Part shown: positions 1-12,800 of the stretch, piece after piece
Position numbering within the stretch: position 1 is the first letter of the stretch
Layout: each line of letters begins with the position of its first letter
The notes under the pieces: generated by a model
The model's input: only the letters and a program-made list of their open reading frames with translations
Databases searched by the model: none
Told to the model about the DNA's origin: nothing
Assembly (NCBI GenBank): GCA_016748015.1
Contig: JAAOMT010000664.1
Location: forward strand, 811,518-875,517
Origin: Geosiphon pyriformis uo1
Taxonomy: Eukaryota; Fungi; Glomeromycota
Length of the DNA: 64,000 nt
Direction of reading: 5' to 3'
Program-made: the position numbers and the translations under genes

Positions 1-417
1 GATACATTTTCTCAAAGAGAGAAGCTCTTCTTTTATACAACTTGTCATAACACTATTCTATAAACTTGAACTTTGCTATTTTCTACAATTTCGCTGAATT
101 AAAGATACATTTCGGCAAACTACAAGTTATTTCTGTGAACTATTAGATATTTCGGTGAACTATCAATTATTTTGGCGAATTTCTACAAATTTTGGCAAAC
201 TTTTGAATGTTACATAGTTTGGGGTATTGCATGATTGATCATTGCAATTAGGTTATATTTGTGTTGTGTACAATTTGGGTTATTAATTAAATGATAATTT
301 TAGACATTTTTGCTAATATAATAAGTGATAATTTAAAACAATAATATATGCTAATTAATAATAAAAATTATAAGATAATTTCATGCTAAATAATATCTCT
401 AATTTTGTCTGGTAACA
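1..417 (-). mobile_element. Partial family-A LTR (U3 end) of a Ty3/Gypsy element extending left of the window
   Basis: Aligns by eye with LTRs at 27400-27805, 36428-36795 and 45340-45728. Ends in GGTAACA at 411-417 and carries the ATTTCGGCGAA-type repeats. Confidence 0.9.
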
Positions 418-600
418 ACAGCAACAATTCAAACTCCACTAATGACAGCAACAATTCAAACTCCACTAATGACAGCAATGATTCAAACTCTGCTGATGAC
501 AACAACAATTCAAACTCCACTATTGACAACAATGATTCAAATTCTGCTAATAACAACAATAATTCAAACTCCGCCAACAACAATTCAAACTCCGCTTCAA
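418..600 (+). repeat. 27-bp tandem repeat (about 7 copies) encoding an Asn/Ser/Asp-rich linker
   Basis: Unit ACAGCAACAATTCAAACTCCACTAATG repeated with divergence. It expands the NSDSN linker that precedes dUTPase in the other B copies. Confidence 0.9.
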
Positions 601-871
601 ACACTGAACAATATATCATGCTTCTAGATCTTACAATGGAGCAGAAATTAACTAAATTCAGTAATAATAATGAGAACATTATGTCTGAACATGCACATAA
701 TACAGATATAAGATTTGAACGTAAATATTCTGGATAGACCATTATAATTAAAAACCCCAGTCACATATAAAATTAGATTTACAAATAGCAATAAAAATTA
801 CAGCAACAACATTGATACAAAAGGGAAATTTAGAAGATTTTGCAAGAGCTCAATATTAAAGGAGAGAATAA
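418..871 (+). pseudogene. Remnant of internally deleted family-B element (B4): linker plus dUTPase N-terminus joined directly to the ORF3 end and PPT
   Basis: EQYIMLLDL...IMSEHAHNTDIRFE matches the dUTPase start of other copies. By about 820 the sequence switches to GATTTTGCAAGAGCTCAATATTAA plus the purine tract (858-871) that precedes 3' LTRs. Confidence 0.8.
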
Positions 872-1764
872 TATTATTTATAGAAAAAAATACAAGAAAA
901 TAGTAGGAAAAACAGATAGGAAAAATAGACCAATAAGAAAATAATATTTAGCATGTGAGCACATTGCTCAGCAATGTGAAGCATTGTCAGAGAATTATAG
1001 CATATTGTTCAACAATGAGCATATTGTCAGAAATTACAGACACATTGCTTAAGAAATCATGGCACATTGTTCATAAATGTGCAGAATCTCGTATAACATA
1101 AATTATGTATATATAGCAGTAGTATTAGAAGCTAAAAAATTAGTCAAGAAGGCTCAAAGTTAAGAAGACTAAAAGTCAGTAGAACTCTTAGAGTCAATTA
1201 GACTCACAGGTTATAATTATTAAATATCCTTTCTTTAAAAGATAGAATACTATAACTTGAAGTGAAATCACTCCCATATTAATGTTATTATTCACTACTT
1301 AACTTGCTGGCACAATAGCTTTTGATCATGGTTATTAACAGAACACTTATTTCTTATTTTATTTTCTTTATTTTTTTATTTTCTTTTATTTTTCTTTATT
1401 TTATTTTTTTTTGTTGTTTACTAATTGATTAAAAGGATTAAGTGCTGAGTTATTGATGTCAAGGATAGCCTAGTAAAAGACTCAGAAATAAGAGTAGAAT
1501 TATATATATTAACAGATAGCTTACCAGAAAAGCACAACTGTCAGAATAAATTTGGCCACCAAGCTGAAAAAGAAATTGGACATAATTGCAACTCCAAGAA
1601 AACTACTATCATCACCATTGAATCTCTGTTCATTATACAAAAGACTCAACCAAAACCTTCAGATACAAACAACTTTCAAATATTACCAACATTGTGAATA
1701 GCTTCTGAGCACCAAGTTATGGGTTTGTTATTTGCTTTGAGACCCCAAATAATTATCTGTAATA
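872..1764 (+). mobile_element. 3' LTR of B4 (family B, CACATTGCTCAGCAATGTG U3 subtype)
   Basis: Follows a PPT. Has decayed termini TATTAT.../TGTAATA, the palindromic repeat array at 950-1080, TATATATAG near 1108, and U5 matching the other B LTRs. Followed by mid-gag sequence of the host element B1. Confidence 0.85.
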
Positions 1765-4700
1765 ATAAATATTTTGAAGGATTTAAATCATGATCACTAA
1801 CACTATCAGGATATTGATTACCACCACCTCAACCCAATTTTGGAATTTCTGACCCATAAGAAATAACTGAATCAGAAAAAGAAGAAGAAGAGAATCAGGA
1901 ATTTACTTACCAAAACCCGATACCAAAAAACCCAGAAATTAAAACCCCAAATGTTCAAACTTTACAAAATCCAAATTTAGAAAATCTGGAAGTTGAAACT
2001 CCGAATAGTCAAACACCACAAAATTAGAATAATCCAAACTCTGAATTAATTAATTAACCGAACTTACCTCCAGCAATTGTCATCAATTAGCAACCAATTG
2101 TACTGATTAATCAGTCACTATAACAATTGCATTAGCAAATTTAGCAACTGCAAGTATCACTTCAGCAGCAGCCACTTCAACAGCCACAACAACAACCCAA
2201 CTTAGATCTAATGGCTTACTTACCAATCATGAAACTTGAGAAATTTACTGACAAAGAGGACAACACTCAAGTATGGCTCAATGATGTAGAAAAAGCCATT
2301 GCAACTAATAGATGAAATGACACCAGAGCCATGCAAGCCATTCCATATTTTTTCCAAGATACTGCTAACTCATAGTACCAAAGCTTAATCAACAAATCTC
2401 AAGATTTCAATGTGTTTAAAACAAAATTTTTAAGATATTTCAGTAATAACAACAGTATTAACCAGCTAGCAAATACATTTATCACTATCAAGCAAGAAAA
2501 CACTGAAGCAGTTACTACTTACTTGGGACACTTCCATAGAAATCTGTGCCAAATACAGGCAATTCAAGCTGATTATTTTACAGCACCACAGATTTTGAAT
2601 CAATTTATTAGAGGCTTGTGCAGTAGCATCCTTTAATACATATGTCTATTACACCCAGCAGACCTCCAAGCTACAGTCAACAATGTCAGAGATTTTGAAG
2701 CTGCTGAACTTGAAGCAAACCATGTTCAAGCTGTCAATTTAGTAATAAATGGATCATCTGAATTGGATTCTAAATTAAAACAATTCAGTGATTCAATTAA
2801 TCAGAAACTAGAAGGGTACTTAGTTAACAATAATCAAACCATATATCAACTGCCACAATGTTATGACAATCCCAGAACTATCAAGCAACAACAAAATCAG
2901 TCATATTTCATGACAACATGATTATCATGGCAACAAAAGATGCATATTTGCCACAATTGTGGTAAACAAGAGCACATCAGAATTAACTGTTATGATAAAA
3001 CTAATAATTAATGATTGAAAAATCAATATTGAAATCCCAATTGCCAATTTCAAACTCCAAACTATTACTCAAATCAAGATCAATATTAACTCACTTATCT
3101 GCCATTGACGCAGCAGCCAATTTATCAACCACCAATATATCAAACTCCAATTTATTAGCTATAACCACAAGTAATATATTAACCACCACAGCCACAAATA
3201 ATTTATCAAACACCCACAGTTTAAACACCACCATCAAACTCAGCTCAAATGACATCAGACAACCCAAGATTCAGAATCACTTAAAACTGGAGATCAGTAA
3301 TGGTTGTTCACCAACTGATCTCCAGCTCCTCACACCAATTAACAAGATCACAGTCGCAGAATTTGGGAACTGGGCCCACCCAAAATCTGAATTCTCAACA
3401 CTATTTAAGTCTCCTAATTACTCCAGAAGATGCCCAATTCCACAACCTGGGATCCAATCAACAATCTATACTTACCAACAACATTTCACCAGCAACTGTC
3501 ATAGAAGATGAGTCACTTGCCACTATATTTTCCTTCAAAATTAACGAACTCTTCAAAGTCCCATTGTTCAGTAAAGCCGCCTTCAAAGAAAAGCCTATAA
3601 CTGTGATATATACTAATGCCAAAGTTGATGATCAGTTCATCAAACTGATTCTAGATAATGGATCAGCTGGCAGCATCATTACTAAGCAATTTATGGATCA
3701 ATTAAGTTGCCGAGTTGATCACACTGCTAGTGCCAAAATTATTACAGCTAATAGAGCAATTAAAACTCCTATTGGGAAAATAGACAACTTTTCTATTGAA
3801 GTCAATGCCATCATAGTACCAATCAGAGTATTAGTTATGGAGGCCACCCAATACTAAGCACTTGTCAGTAATGATTGGTTGTCTAAAACTAATGCAATTC
3901 TCAACTAAATGACTCAAGAATTAATACTCAGCCAGAATGGACAACACACACGTATACCAGCCATGTGTGACCACTTCAAGCCTATCACCAAGCCAGCAGT
4001 GCCACTAATCAAGTTCGAGGAAGAAAAAAAAAAACCTATCTGAGAAGCTTATCAAGTTTTTTGGACTGACAATAATCACAATAAGCTGTCACCAATACTA
4101 TTCTGGAACAATAAAGAAAAGAGAAAGCAGAAAAAAGAACTTACTTGGAATATTGACCAAACATGAAGAGCTGACAATGACAATACCGAACCAATTTTAA
4201 TTTGGGAATAGAAGAAAAATACAAAAGAAAAAGAAAAGGGGAAGAAAAAAGAACCAATATCAACCAATACCACTACTTATACCCCATACACATATACTCC
4301 ACTACAACTATCTAACTATTGCTGTCCAAAACTGGTATGCATTAATTGTGGCAAGAAATTGTCATTAATAAGTACATGTTATGGCAATAATAAGAAATAT
4401 CAGATGACAACTAAGTTCTATTGCCATCCATATCTCGTTGAATGCTTTGGAAGACCAAAACAAGTTGAAAAATAGGATAATAAGCCATGCTTGGCTTGTG
4501 AAAAAACTTTTCTTGATGAAGGAATATGGAATGACATTCTTGAGAGAAGAGAAACATGTGATGAATTGTGTCAATACACAATTCTTATAAGTGACTGGAT
4601 AAGAAAAAAAACATTCATAGATGCTGTCTGAAGATGAACAGTCAAATGCTTGGATGGATGTCCACATGATGATAACAAAATTTGGCAAATGGCTCTTGCC

Positions 4701-7407
4701 AAAATCAAAAAAACATTACCAGAAGAAATAAGGAGAATCAAAAATAACTCACCAGAACCTATAGAACTTAACTAGGACCCAGAACCAGTCATAAATCTCC
4801 TGAATCCAGAGCAATTTCATAAATACTACCAAAAATTAGCACTCACAAGAGAAGAACAAGAGCAATGTTTAGAGTAGTTAAACACCTGACTGTGTCAATA
4901 CTGCCAATATTATAATGAATGTAATCTCATTTACAATCTGCCATCATGTATAATCTACACAATCTCAGAAGAAGAAGAACCATTCAGCAACTGTGCATTG
5001 GAATCAGAATCAAATTTCAATTCCAATTTAAACTCCAACAATGACAATAATGAAAACAACAGTTTTAGCTCAGTCTAATATGGCTGCAATGACAATGATC
5101 TCAACTCAGATTCAAACTTTAATTCAAACTTTGAACAATATATTGTGCTTCCTGACATCAACAAGGAGCAGGAACTAAAATAATTCAGTGATAATAATGA
5201 AAGTATTATGCCAGAATGTGTGCACAATATTAATGCAGGATTTGATCTAAGATATCCTGGAAAAAAAGCCATCAAATTAGAACCAAATTTGTGCACATGT
5301 ATTGATTTCAAAATAGCACTGGAAATTCCAATAACAACCATGGTTCAATTAGCATATAGAAGTAGTTTAGTGAAAAGAAGAATCAACATTAGAGAAAAAA
5401 TAATTGATACAGAATATGTAGGAAATATTATTGCTATACTACAAAACAACTTAGAAAAGACCTATATTATAGAGCCAAATGAAAAGATAGCACAGGCAAT
5501 ATTCCTGCCTCTGGTGAAAATAGCTCAGTTAGTTTCAATGTAAAATAGGGAAGAGTTAGAGATTACTGCAAAAAAAATACAGGGATTTGGATCAACAGGT
5601 AGAATAGAAATATCAGTTAATATGGCAGAGGAAGAAATTGTTAACAAAGAAAAAATTATCTCAATCTGTCAATCAATTTCCATTCCACCATATGACCAGT
5701 ACATGCACACTATAGATAGAAAAGTAAAAGATCAAGTGCAGATTTTTGAAGCTGAACCAATCATTAGTGAATTAGGAAAAATTGGATTAATTAATTTTTA
5801 CATACCAGCCAAGAACCATAATCACATTAAAATTCTCATCTACAACAACACAGGAAATATTGTAGAAATACCAGAAAGAACCATTATAGGATATCTAAGC
5901 ACAGAAGTAGAAGACCAACCACCAAACTCTATTCCAGATTTTTTACAGCTTTGTAGATATGTTGACATAACATCACAAATAATTTATGGACAAAGTAAAT
6001 ATTATTTGCTCCAACCAGAACAATTGAAACAAATAAACATGGAAAACTTAGATCTACTTTAACAGATGCAACTCAAAATATTACTTAACAACTTCAATGA
6101 CATCTTTGCCAGCAAAAACGAATTTGGCAGAACTAATATTATTTAGCATCAGATTAAAACTGAAGATGCAATGCTAATTAAACAAAGAGCATACAGAGTA
6201 CTACCAGCCAGCCATGAAATTATTCGTCAAGAAATCAATTAGATGCTTGACAACAGGCTAATTTAGCCATTAATGAGCCCATAATCATTACCAGTAGTAC
6301 TTGTCCATAAAAAGAATAAAAAGATCCACTTTTATGTGGATTATAGAAAACTTAATAGAGTTACTCATGGAAACAGCTATCCAACTCCATGGATACAGGA
6401 GCTATTTAATGCTTTTGAAGGGAATAAATGATTCTTAACATTGGATCTAGACAGTGGATACTGGCAAGTAGCCATAAGTTTAGCAGATAAAAAGAAAACA
6501 GCATTCACCACAAGAGAAGAAAATTTCAAATTTGAAGTTATGCTATTTGGTTTAATGAATGCACCAGTCACCTTCCAATGGCTGATAGAAATTATTTATA
6601 CTGGTTTACTATAGAAATCTGTAGTTGTATACTTGAATGACACCAATGTATTTTCAAAAACATTTGATAACTATCTCTATTATCTACAGCAAATGTTCAA
6701 AAGATTAAGAAGAGCAGAACTAAAGCTAAATGCTACCAAATACTTTTTTAGCAAAACAGAACTGAAATTCTTGGGACATGTCATGAGCAAAGATGACATT
6801 AAAACAGATCCAGAAAAATAAAAATAGTCAAAAGCTTTCCAGTACTAATCAACTTAACTAAATTGAAATCATTCTTGGAATTCACAGAGTATTATCACTG
6901 CTTCATTAAAGACTTTTTTAAAATAGCTCAGCCACTCAACCATTTCCAAACCAAGAATGTGAAATATGAATGGACAGAAACTCAGCAAGAAGCTTTTGAC
7001 ATTTTAAGAAAAAAGCTTATTCAAGCTTCAGTATTGATCTATCCAGATCATAGTAAACCATTTATCATTACCATCAATGCATCAGGTCAAGCATTGGGAG
7101 CAGTACTATCACAGAAAGAACTGGATAGAAGAAAACATCCAGTGGCATATGCCAGCCAAGGTTTAACTCCAGCTGAGAAGAATTATGGAACATTAGCATT
7201 GGAACACTTAGCAATCTATTAAGCAGTTATGAAATAGAAAAAATACTTAAGTCAGAAATTTGAAGTATACACTGATTACAAGGGATTGACTTCAATCCAA
7301 AAACAAGAATTTGGAGATGACTGACATATAAGATAGAAAATAGCACTATTACCATTCAATTATACAGTACATTATAAAAAGAGAAAAGACAATGGAAATA
7401 CTAATGG
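1765..7407 (+). pseudogene. pol: B1 gag-pol pseudogene: capsid, zinc knuckle, protease, Cys-rich domain, dUTPase, RT, RNase H
   Basis: CHNCGKQEHIRINC knuckle (about 2949), LILDNGSAGS protease, AGFDLRYP/RSSLV/KIAQAI/GFGSTG dUTPase, LDLDSGYWQ and YLND RT, INASGQALGAVLSQ RNase H. Many stops and frameshifts. Confidence 0.92.
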
Positions 7408-9127
7408 TGTTACAGATGAATATTTGGGGTCTCAAATCAAATAACAAACCTGTAACTTGGTGCTCAGTGACTAATCTGGTGGATGGTGTTGGTAATGTTA
7501 GTACAATGTTATTATCCAACAGTATAGTTTATCTGAAGGTTTAGTTGTTAAGTTCTTTGTATAATAGACAGAGATTCAATTGTTGTCTTTTTAGTAGCCT
7601 CCTGGAATCACAATTCCATTGTTACTCATAGAAATATAGGGAATATATATTAGCATAGTTATTAACCAATCAGAAATAGACATAGTAAAATGTGGAATTC
7701 CAGGATTCCTCTCAGGAATTGGAGAATTCCAGGAATTACAGGATTCTCACAAGGAATCACAGAATTTCAGAATTCCAGAATTCCTCTCAAAGGAATTGCA
7801 AGATTCTAGGAATCCCAGGATTTCTGTTGTGAAGAATTGAGGAATTGAGGAATCTCAATTATGTATATATAGCAATAGGATTAGAAGCTAAAAAAACAAA
7901 CCATCAAGTTTAGATTTCATCTAGACAACCTTCCAAACACAATAAATAACTATTTGGTATCTCAAACCTAATTCCACTATCAACACTCCATGTTGATAAT
8001 AATTGATACTTAAATACACTGGAACAATAGCTCTTGATCATGGCTATTGACGGAATACTAACTTGCAAAATTGCCTTGGCTTATTCATGATTTTCTTTTA
8101 TTTCTTTTATTTATTTTATTTTGATTTTATTGTTGTGCACTAATTGGTTGAATAAAGCACTAGATTACTGACATCAAGGATTGCCTGGTAAAAAACTCCT
8201 GTGAAAGAGTAGGACATGTACAGAAGATATGGAATACTTATCAGAAAATTGCCAGCCATCATGCCAAAAGAAGAATTGACAGAATTGCGATTCTGGAAAG
8301 CTACAGATAAAACAACTATTGAATCTCTGTTCATTATACAAAGAACTCAACCTGAAACCTTCAGATTACTATTAACTGCAACTAGATTTGAGCACCAAGT
8401 TACAGGTTTGTTATTTAATTCAACACCCCAAGTAATCACTTGTAATACTGTTGAATTTTTTTCTCAGTGTAGTAGCCAGTAATCTGACAGAGATGCCCTT
8501 CTGGTAAGCTATTCATTAATATATATAAACTCTATACTCTTCCTTTGGGGTCTTTTACCAAGCTATCCTTGACATTAATAACTCAGCGCTTAATCTTTAA
8601 TCAATTAGTAAAACAAAGAAATAGAAGAAAATAAAAGAAAATAAACAAAAGCAATTGCAATTGCAAGTTAGTATCCTGTTAATAGCTGTGATCAAGAGCT
8701 ATTGTTCCAGTGTGGTTAAGTATCAATTACTATCAACATGAAGCATTGATAGTGTAGAGTGGATTTGAGATGAAAAATAATTATTTATTGATATTTGTGA
8801 ATTGAAAGATTGCTTAGATGAAATCTAAGCTAAGAGGTCTATAGCTAAAAGATTCTGTCTTTTTTACTTTCAACACTACCACTATATATACATGATTTAG
8901 GTTCTATGAGATCGCTCACATTTTTGAACAATGTTCTATAATTTCTCAAGCAATGCTCACATTGCTGAATGATGTGTCATGATTTCTGACATTGCTCCAC
9001 ATTGTTGAGCAATGTGTTATGATTTTAATATTGCTTCATATTGTTGAACAATATGCTTATGTGCTAATTACTACTCTCTTATTGGTCTACTATTTTTTCT
9101 ATATCTGTTTTCTTTTTATGAGTAATA
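7408..9127 (-). mobile_element. B2 3' LTR, split by a solo LTR at 7620-8447
   Basis: 7408-7619 joined to 8452-9127 reconstructs the sequence of 17514-18396. Confidence 0.92.
7620..8447 (+). mobile_element. Solo family-B LTR (GAATTCC U3 subtype)
   Basis: TGTTACTC...TGTAATA termini, similar to 20524-21308. Flanks CCAT and CTGT are both explicable as a decayed CCGT TSD. Confidence 0.9.
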
Positions 9128-9141
9128 TTATCTTCTTCTTT

Positions 9142-9790
9142 TTAATATTGAGCTCTATCAAAATCTTTGTTTTGAATTAATTCTAATACTTTTTTTTTCA
9201 AGTATTGTTTGTTTGACTCTGTTTTTCATGTCTTCTACTTGTGTATTGTTCATTCTTCTTCATTGGTTAATGGTTATGGTTTCCATGTTAGAGTGTAACA
9301 GTATTTCTGAATAGTTCTAAAATATGTTGTGTAGTCAGTACATGATTTTAACATGTAGTGTTAAATTTGTCTTCTTTCTGATAAATTTTTCAATTTGTTG
9401 TATTATGTCTTGGTTGAATATTTTCTTGGATTTGTTAATATACAACTCCTAAATATTCAACTTTTGACCTAATTGGTAATAGCAATATGATATTAGAAGC
9501 CATTCTGTCTATTGCTTCCAATTTTTTTTTGTAAGCTCTTCTGTTGGTACCATAATAGGTATTTTTCCAAAAGTGTTCTTCACTTTTTCTATTAAGTTAT
9601 TTGTCCAGTTTTTATTATTCTTTGGTGGCCACTGATATGGTGTATTCTTTGTCTTTCTTTGGATATTTCAATAGCAAATTATTTGGTTGTTAATAACAAT
9701 TTCCATGTCTAACTGTTGTTGACTTAAGGCCTGGAACAATTGTTAAGCTATAGTGTAAATATGATCTGGTATTTCTATTTTTCTTGGTTG
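9142..9790 (-). pseudogene. B2 extra 3' ORF (ORF3), unknown function
   Basis: Lies between integrase and PPT. Translates as ...SYCYYQLGQKLNI...KIMY*LHNIF...DFDRAQY*. Confidence 0.65.
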
Positions 9791-9839
9791 CTTTTGTCGT
9801 GTGTACTGTGTCTTTATATACTTTTTGGTTGTTCAATTT

Positions 9840-12800
9840 GACGTGTTTGGTTCAATAACTATGATTGGTTCCAGATCTTGTGGAATCTCTTCTGGTTGAA
9901 CTAGTATTCTTTGTACTCTCAGTTGTGGAATGTTATTGGTGAATGATGATGTTATCTGGTAATATGGTTTCAGTCGATTACCATATGCTGCTTTGGCTAA
10001 GATTTTGTTGTCTCATCTTAATTTATAAGCTTTATTTCTTAGAATTTTTTCTATGTAAAATGGTCTGTCCCATTTGGAATTGAATTTTCCACTCCATTGT
10101 TTTTCTGTTTTGGTATGATGTAATAATACTTTGTCTTCAATCTTGAATTCAACTGGTTTATTTAGTAGTTGGTTATTGTGTCGTTTTTTTTGCTTTTCTT
10201 GTGACTTTTGGATGTTATTAGCTGCTTTTTGTCATTTGTTTTCTAGTGTTTTCATTAAGTCATATGTTTTTCTTAACAATATTTCTTGGAAATTATCTTC
10301 TGTTATTGGTTTAATTAGATATGTATTGATTTCTATTTCAACTGGTAATGTTGTTGTTTTACTGTATACCAATTCAAATAATGTTGTTTGTGTGGTATTT
10401 TGCTTTATTGTCTGATAAGCAAATAATACTGATGGTATAAACAAATCTCATTTGTCCTGGTTTTCTTGGCTAATTTTGGCTATTGCTTCATACAGTGTTC
10501 TATTAAATCTTTTAACTAAGCTATTCATTTGTAGATAGTATGGTAATGATAATGGTCTTTTAATTCCAAATCTTTGACTTAATTCTGTTAATGCTCTGTT
10601 CACAAAGTGGGTTCTTTGATCTGATAATAATTCTTTTGGACATCTGTGTTAACAGATCAAATCTTGATAAACAAATTTGACAACAGATTCTGCATTTGCT
10701 CTTTGAATGGCTTTTGCTTCCAGCCATTTTGTGAGATAGTTTATAGCTACTGCAATATATCTGTTGCCTCTACTAGTGATTGTTAATGGTCCGACTAAGT
10801 CAATTCTAATGCGATCAAATGGTTGTTCTACTTTGATTGGTCTTAATGGTTTACTGGATTTTGTTCTATCTTTTTTCTAACAAGCATCACAATTTTGAAT
10901 GTATTAGATAATATCTGGATACATTGATGACCAATAATATCTTTTTCTGGTTCTTTTTATGGTTGCTTCTTTGTGAAAGTGTTCTGCTGTTGGATCTGAG
11001 TGCATGTTAAATAATATTGTTTTTTTTTCTGGTTCTGTGATTACTTTGGTTGGTTGTTCTGGATTTCTTCTGTTCTTTCAGTAAAGTATATTTTGATGGT
11101 TGATAAAATATTTTGATTGTTGTTTTATGCTTCTTTGTTCCTGTTGAGATAATTTTTCTTTGAACAATTGGGTATTTATATAATGTTGAAGTTGTTGGTA
11201 TTTTTGGATATTCATCTTTTGTTATATTTTTTGGATTGAAATGTTTTTAAATTTGTCTTATTTGTGACAAACCATTGGCATTTCCATTGTCTTTTTTTTT
11301 TATAATGTACTGTATAATTAAATGGTAAAAGTTCTATTTTCCATCTGGCATGGCAATTATCTCCAAATTCTTGCTTCTGGATTGAAGTTAATTCTTTGTG
11401 ATCAGTGTATACATCAAACTTCTGACTTAAGTATTTTTTCTATTTGATGACAGTTCAATAGATAGCTAAGTGTTTCAGTGCTGGAGTTCCATAGTTTTTT
11501 TCCACTGGACTTAAGCTTCTACTGGCATAAGCTACTAGATGTTCTCTTCCATTTGGTCTTTTCTGTGATAGTACTGCTCCCAATGCTTGATCAGATGCAT
11601 CAGTTGTAATTATAAATGGCTTGCTATGATCTGGATACATCAATACTGGAGCTTGGATAAGCTTTCTTCTTAATGTGTTGAATGCTTTTTGTTGAGTTTT
11701 GGTTCATTTATATTTCACATTCTTGGTTTGTAGATGGTAAAGTGGCTGAGCCAATTTTGAAAAGTCTTTGATAAAGTGGCAATAATAGCCTGTGAATTCC
11801 AAAAATGCTCTTAGTTCTGTCAAGTTGGTTGGTACTGGAAAGTTTTTAACTACTTCAATCTTGTCTGAATCCGTTTTGATTCTATCTTTGCTCACCACAT
11901 GTCCCAAAAACTTGAGTTCAATTTTTCTAAAGAAACATTTGGTTGCATTTAGTTTCAATCTGGCTCTTTTTAATCTTTCAAACACTTGTTGGAGATAATA
12001 TAGATAATCATCGAATGTTTTTGAGAACACATTGGTGTCATTCAAGTATACAACTACTGATTTCCATAGTAATCTAGTATAGACAATTTTCATAAGCTGT
12101 AGGAATATTGCTGGTGCATTTATCAAGCCAAATAGCATGACTTTAAACTCAAAATTTCCCTCTTTTGTAGTAAATGCTGTTTTCTTCTTGTCAGCTGAGT
12201 TCATGGCTACTTGCCAGTAATCACTATCTAAATCTAGTGTTAAAAACTATTTATTTCCTCCAAAAGCATTAAATAATTCTTGGATCTTTGAAGTTAGATA
12301 ACTATCACTCTTAGTTACTCTATTCAGTTTTTGATAGTCCACACAAAAATAGATTTTCCCATTTTTCTTTTGAATTAGTACCACTGGTAATAACTATAGA
12401 TTTATTGATGGCTGAATTAGTTCATTGTCAAACATCCAATTGATTTCTTGATGAATGATCTCATGGCTAGCTGGTAATACTCTGTATGCTCTTTGTTTAA
12501 TTGGCATTGCATCTCCAGTCTTGATCTGATGCTGGATGATGTTGGTGTGGCCAAATTCATTTTTACTAGCAAAGATGTTATTAAAATTGCTGAGTAATAT
12601 CTTTAGTTGCATCTGTTAGAGTGGGTCCAGATTCCCCATGTTTATTTGTTCCAATTGTTCTGATTAGAACAGATAATATTCGCTTTGTCTATAGATAGTT
12701 TATGATGTAATATCTATATATCTGCAAAGCTATAGAAAATCTGGAATGTGGTTTAGTGGTTGATCCTTAACTTCGGTGGTTAAATATCCAATAATAGTTC

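Noticed and set aside
386-742. 118-aa AEFELLLL repeat ORF on the minus strand
   Set aside because: Antisense translation of the 27-bp tandem repeat.
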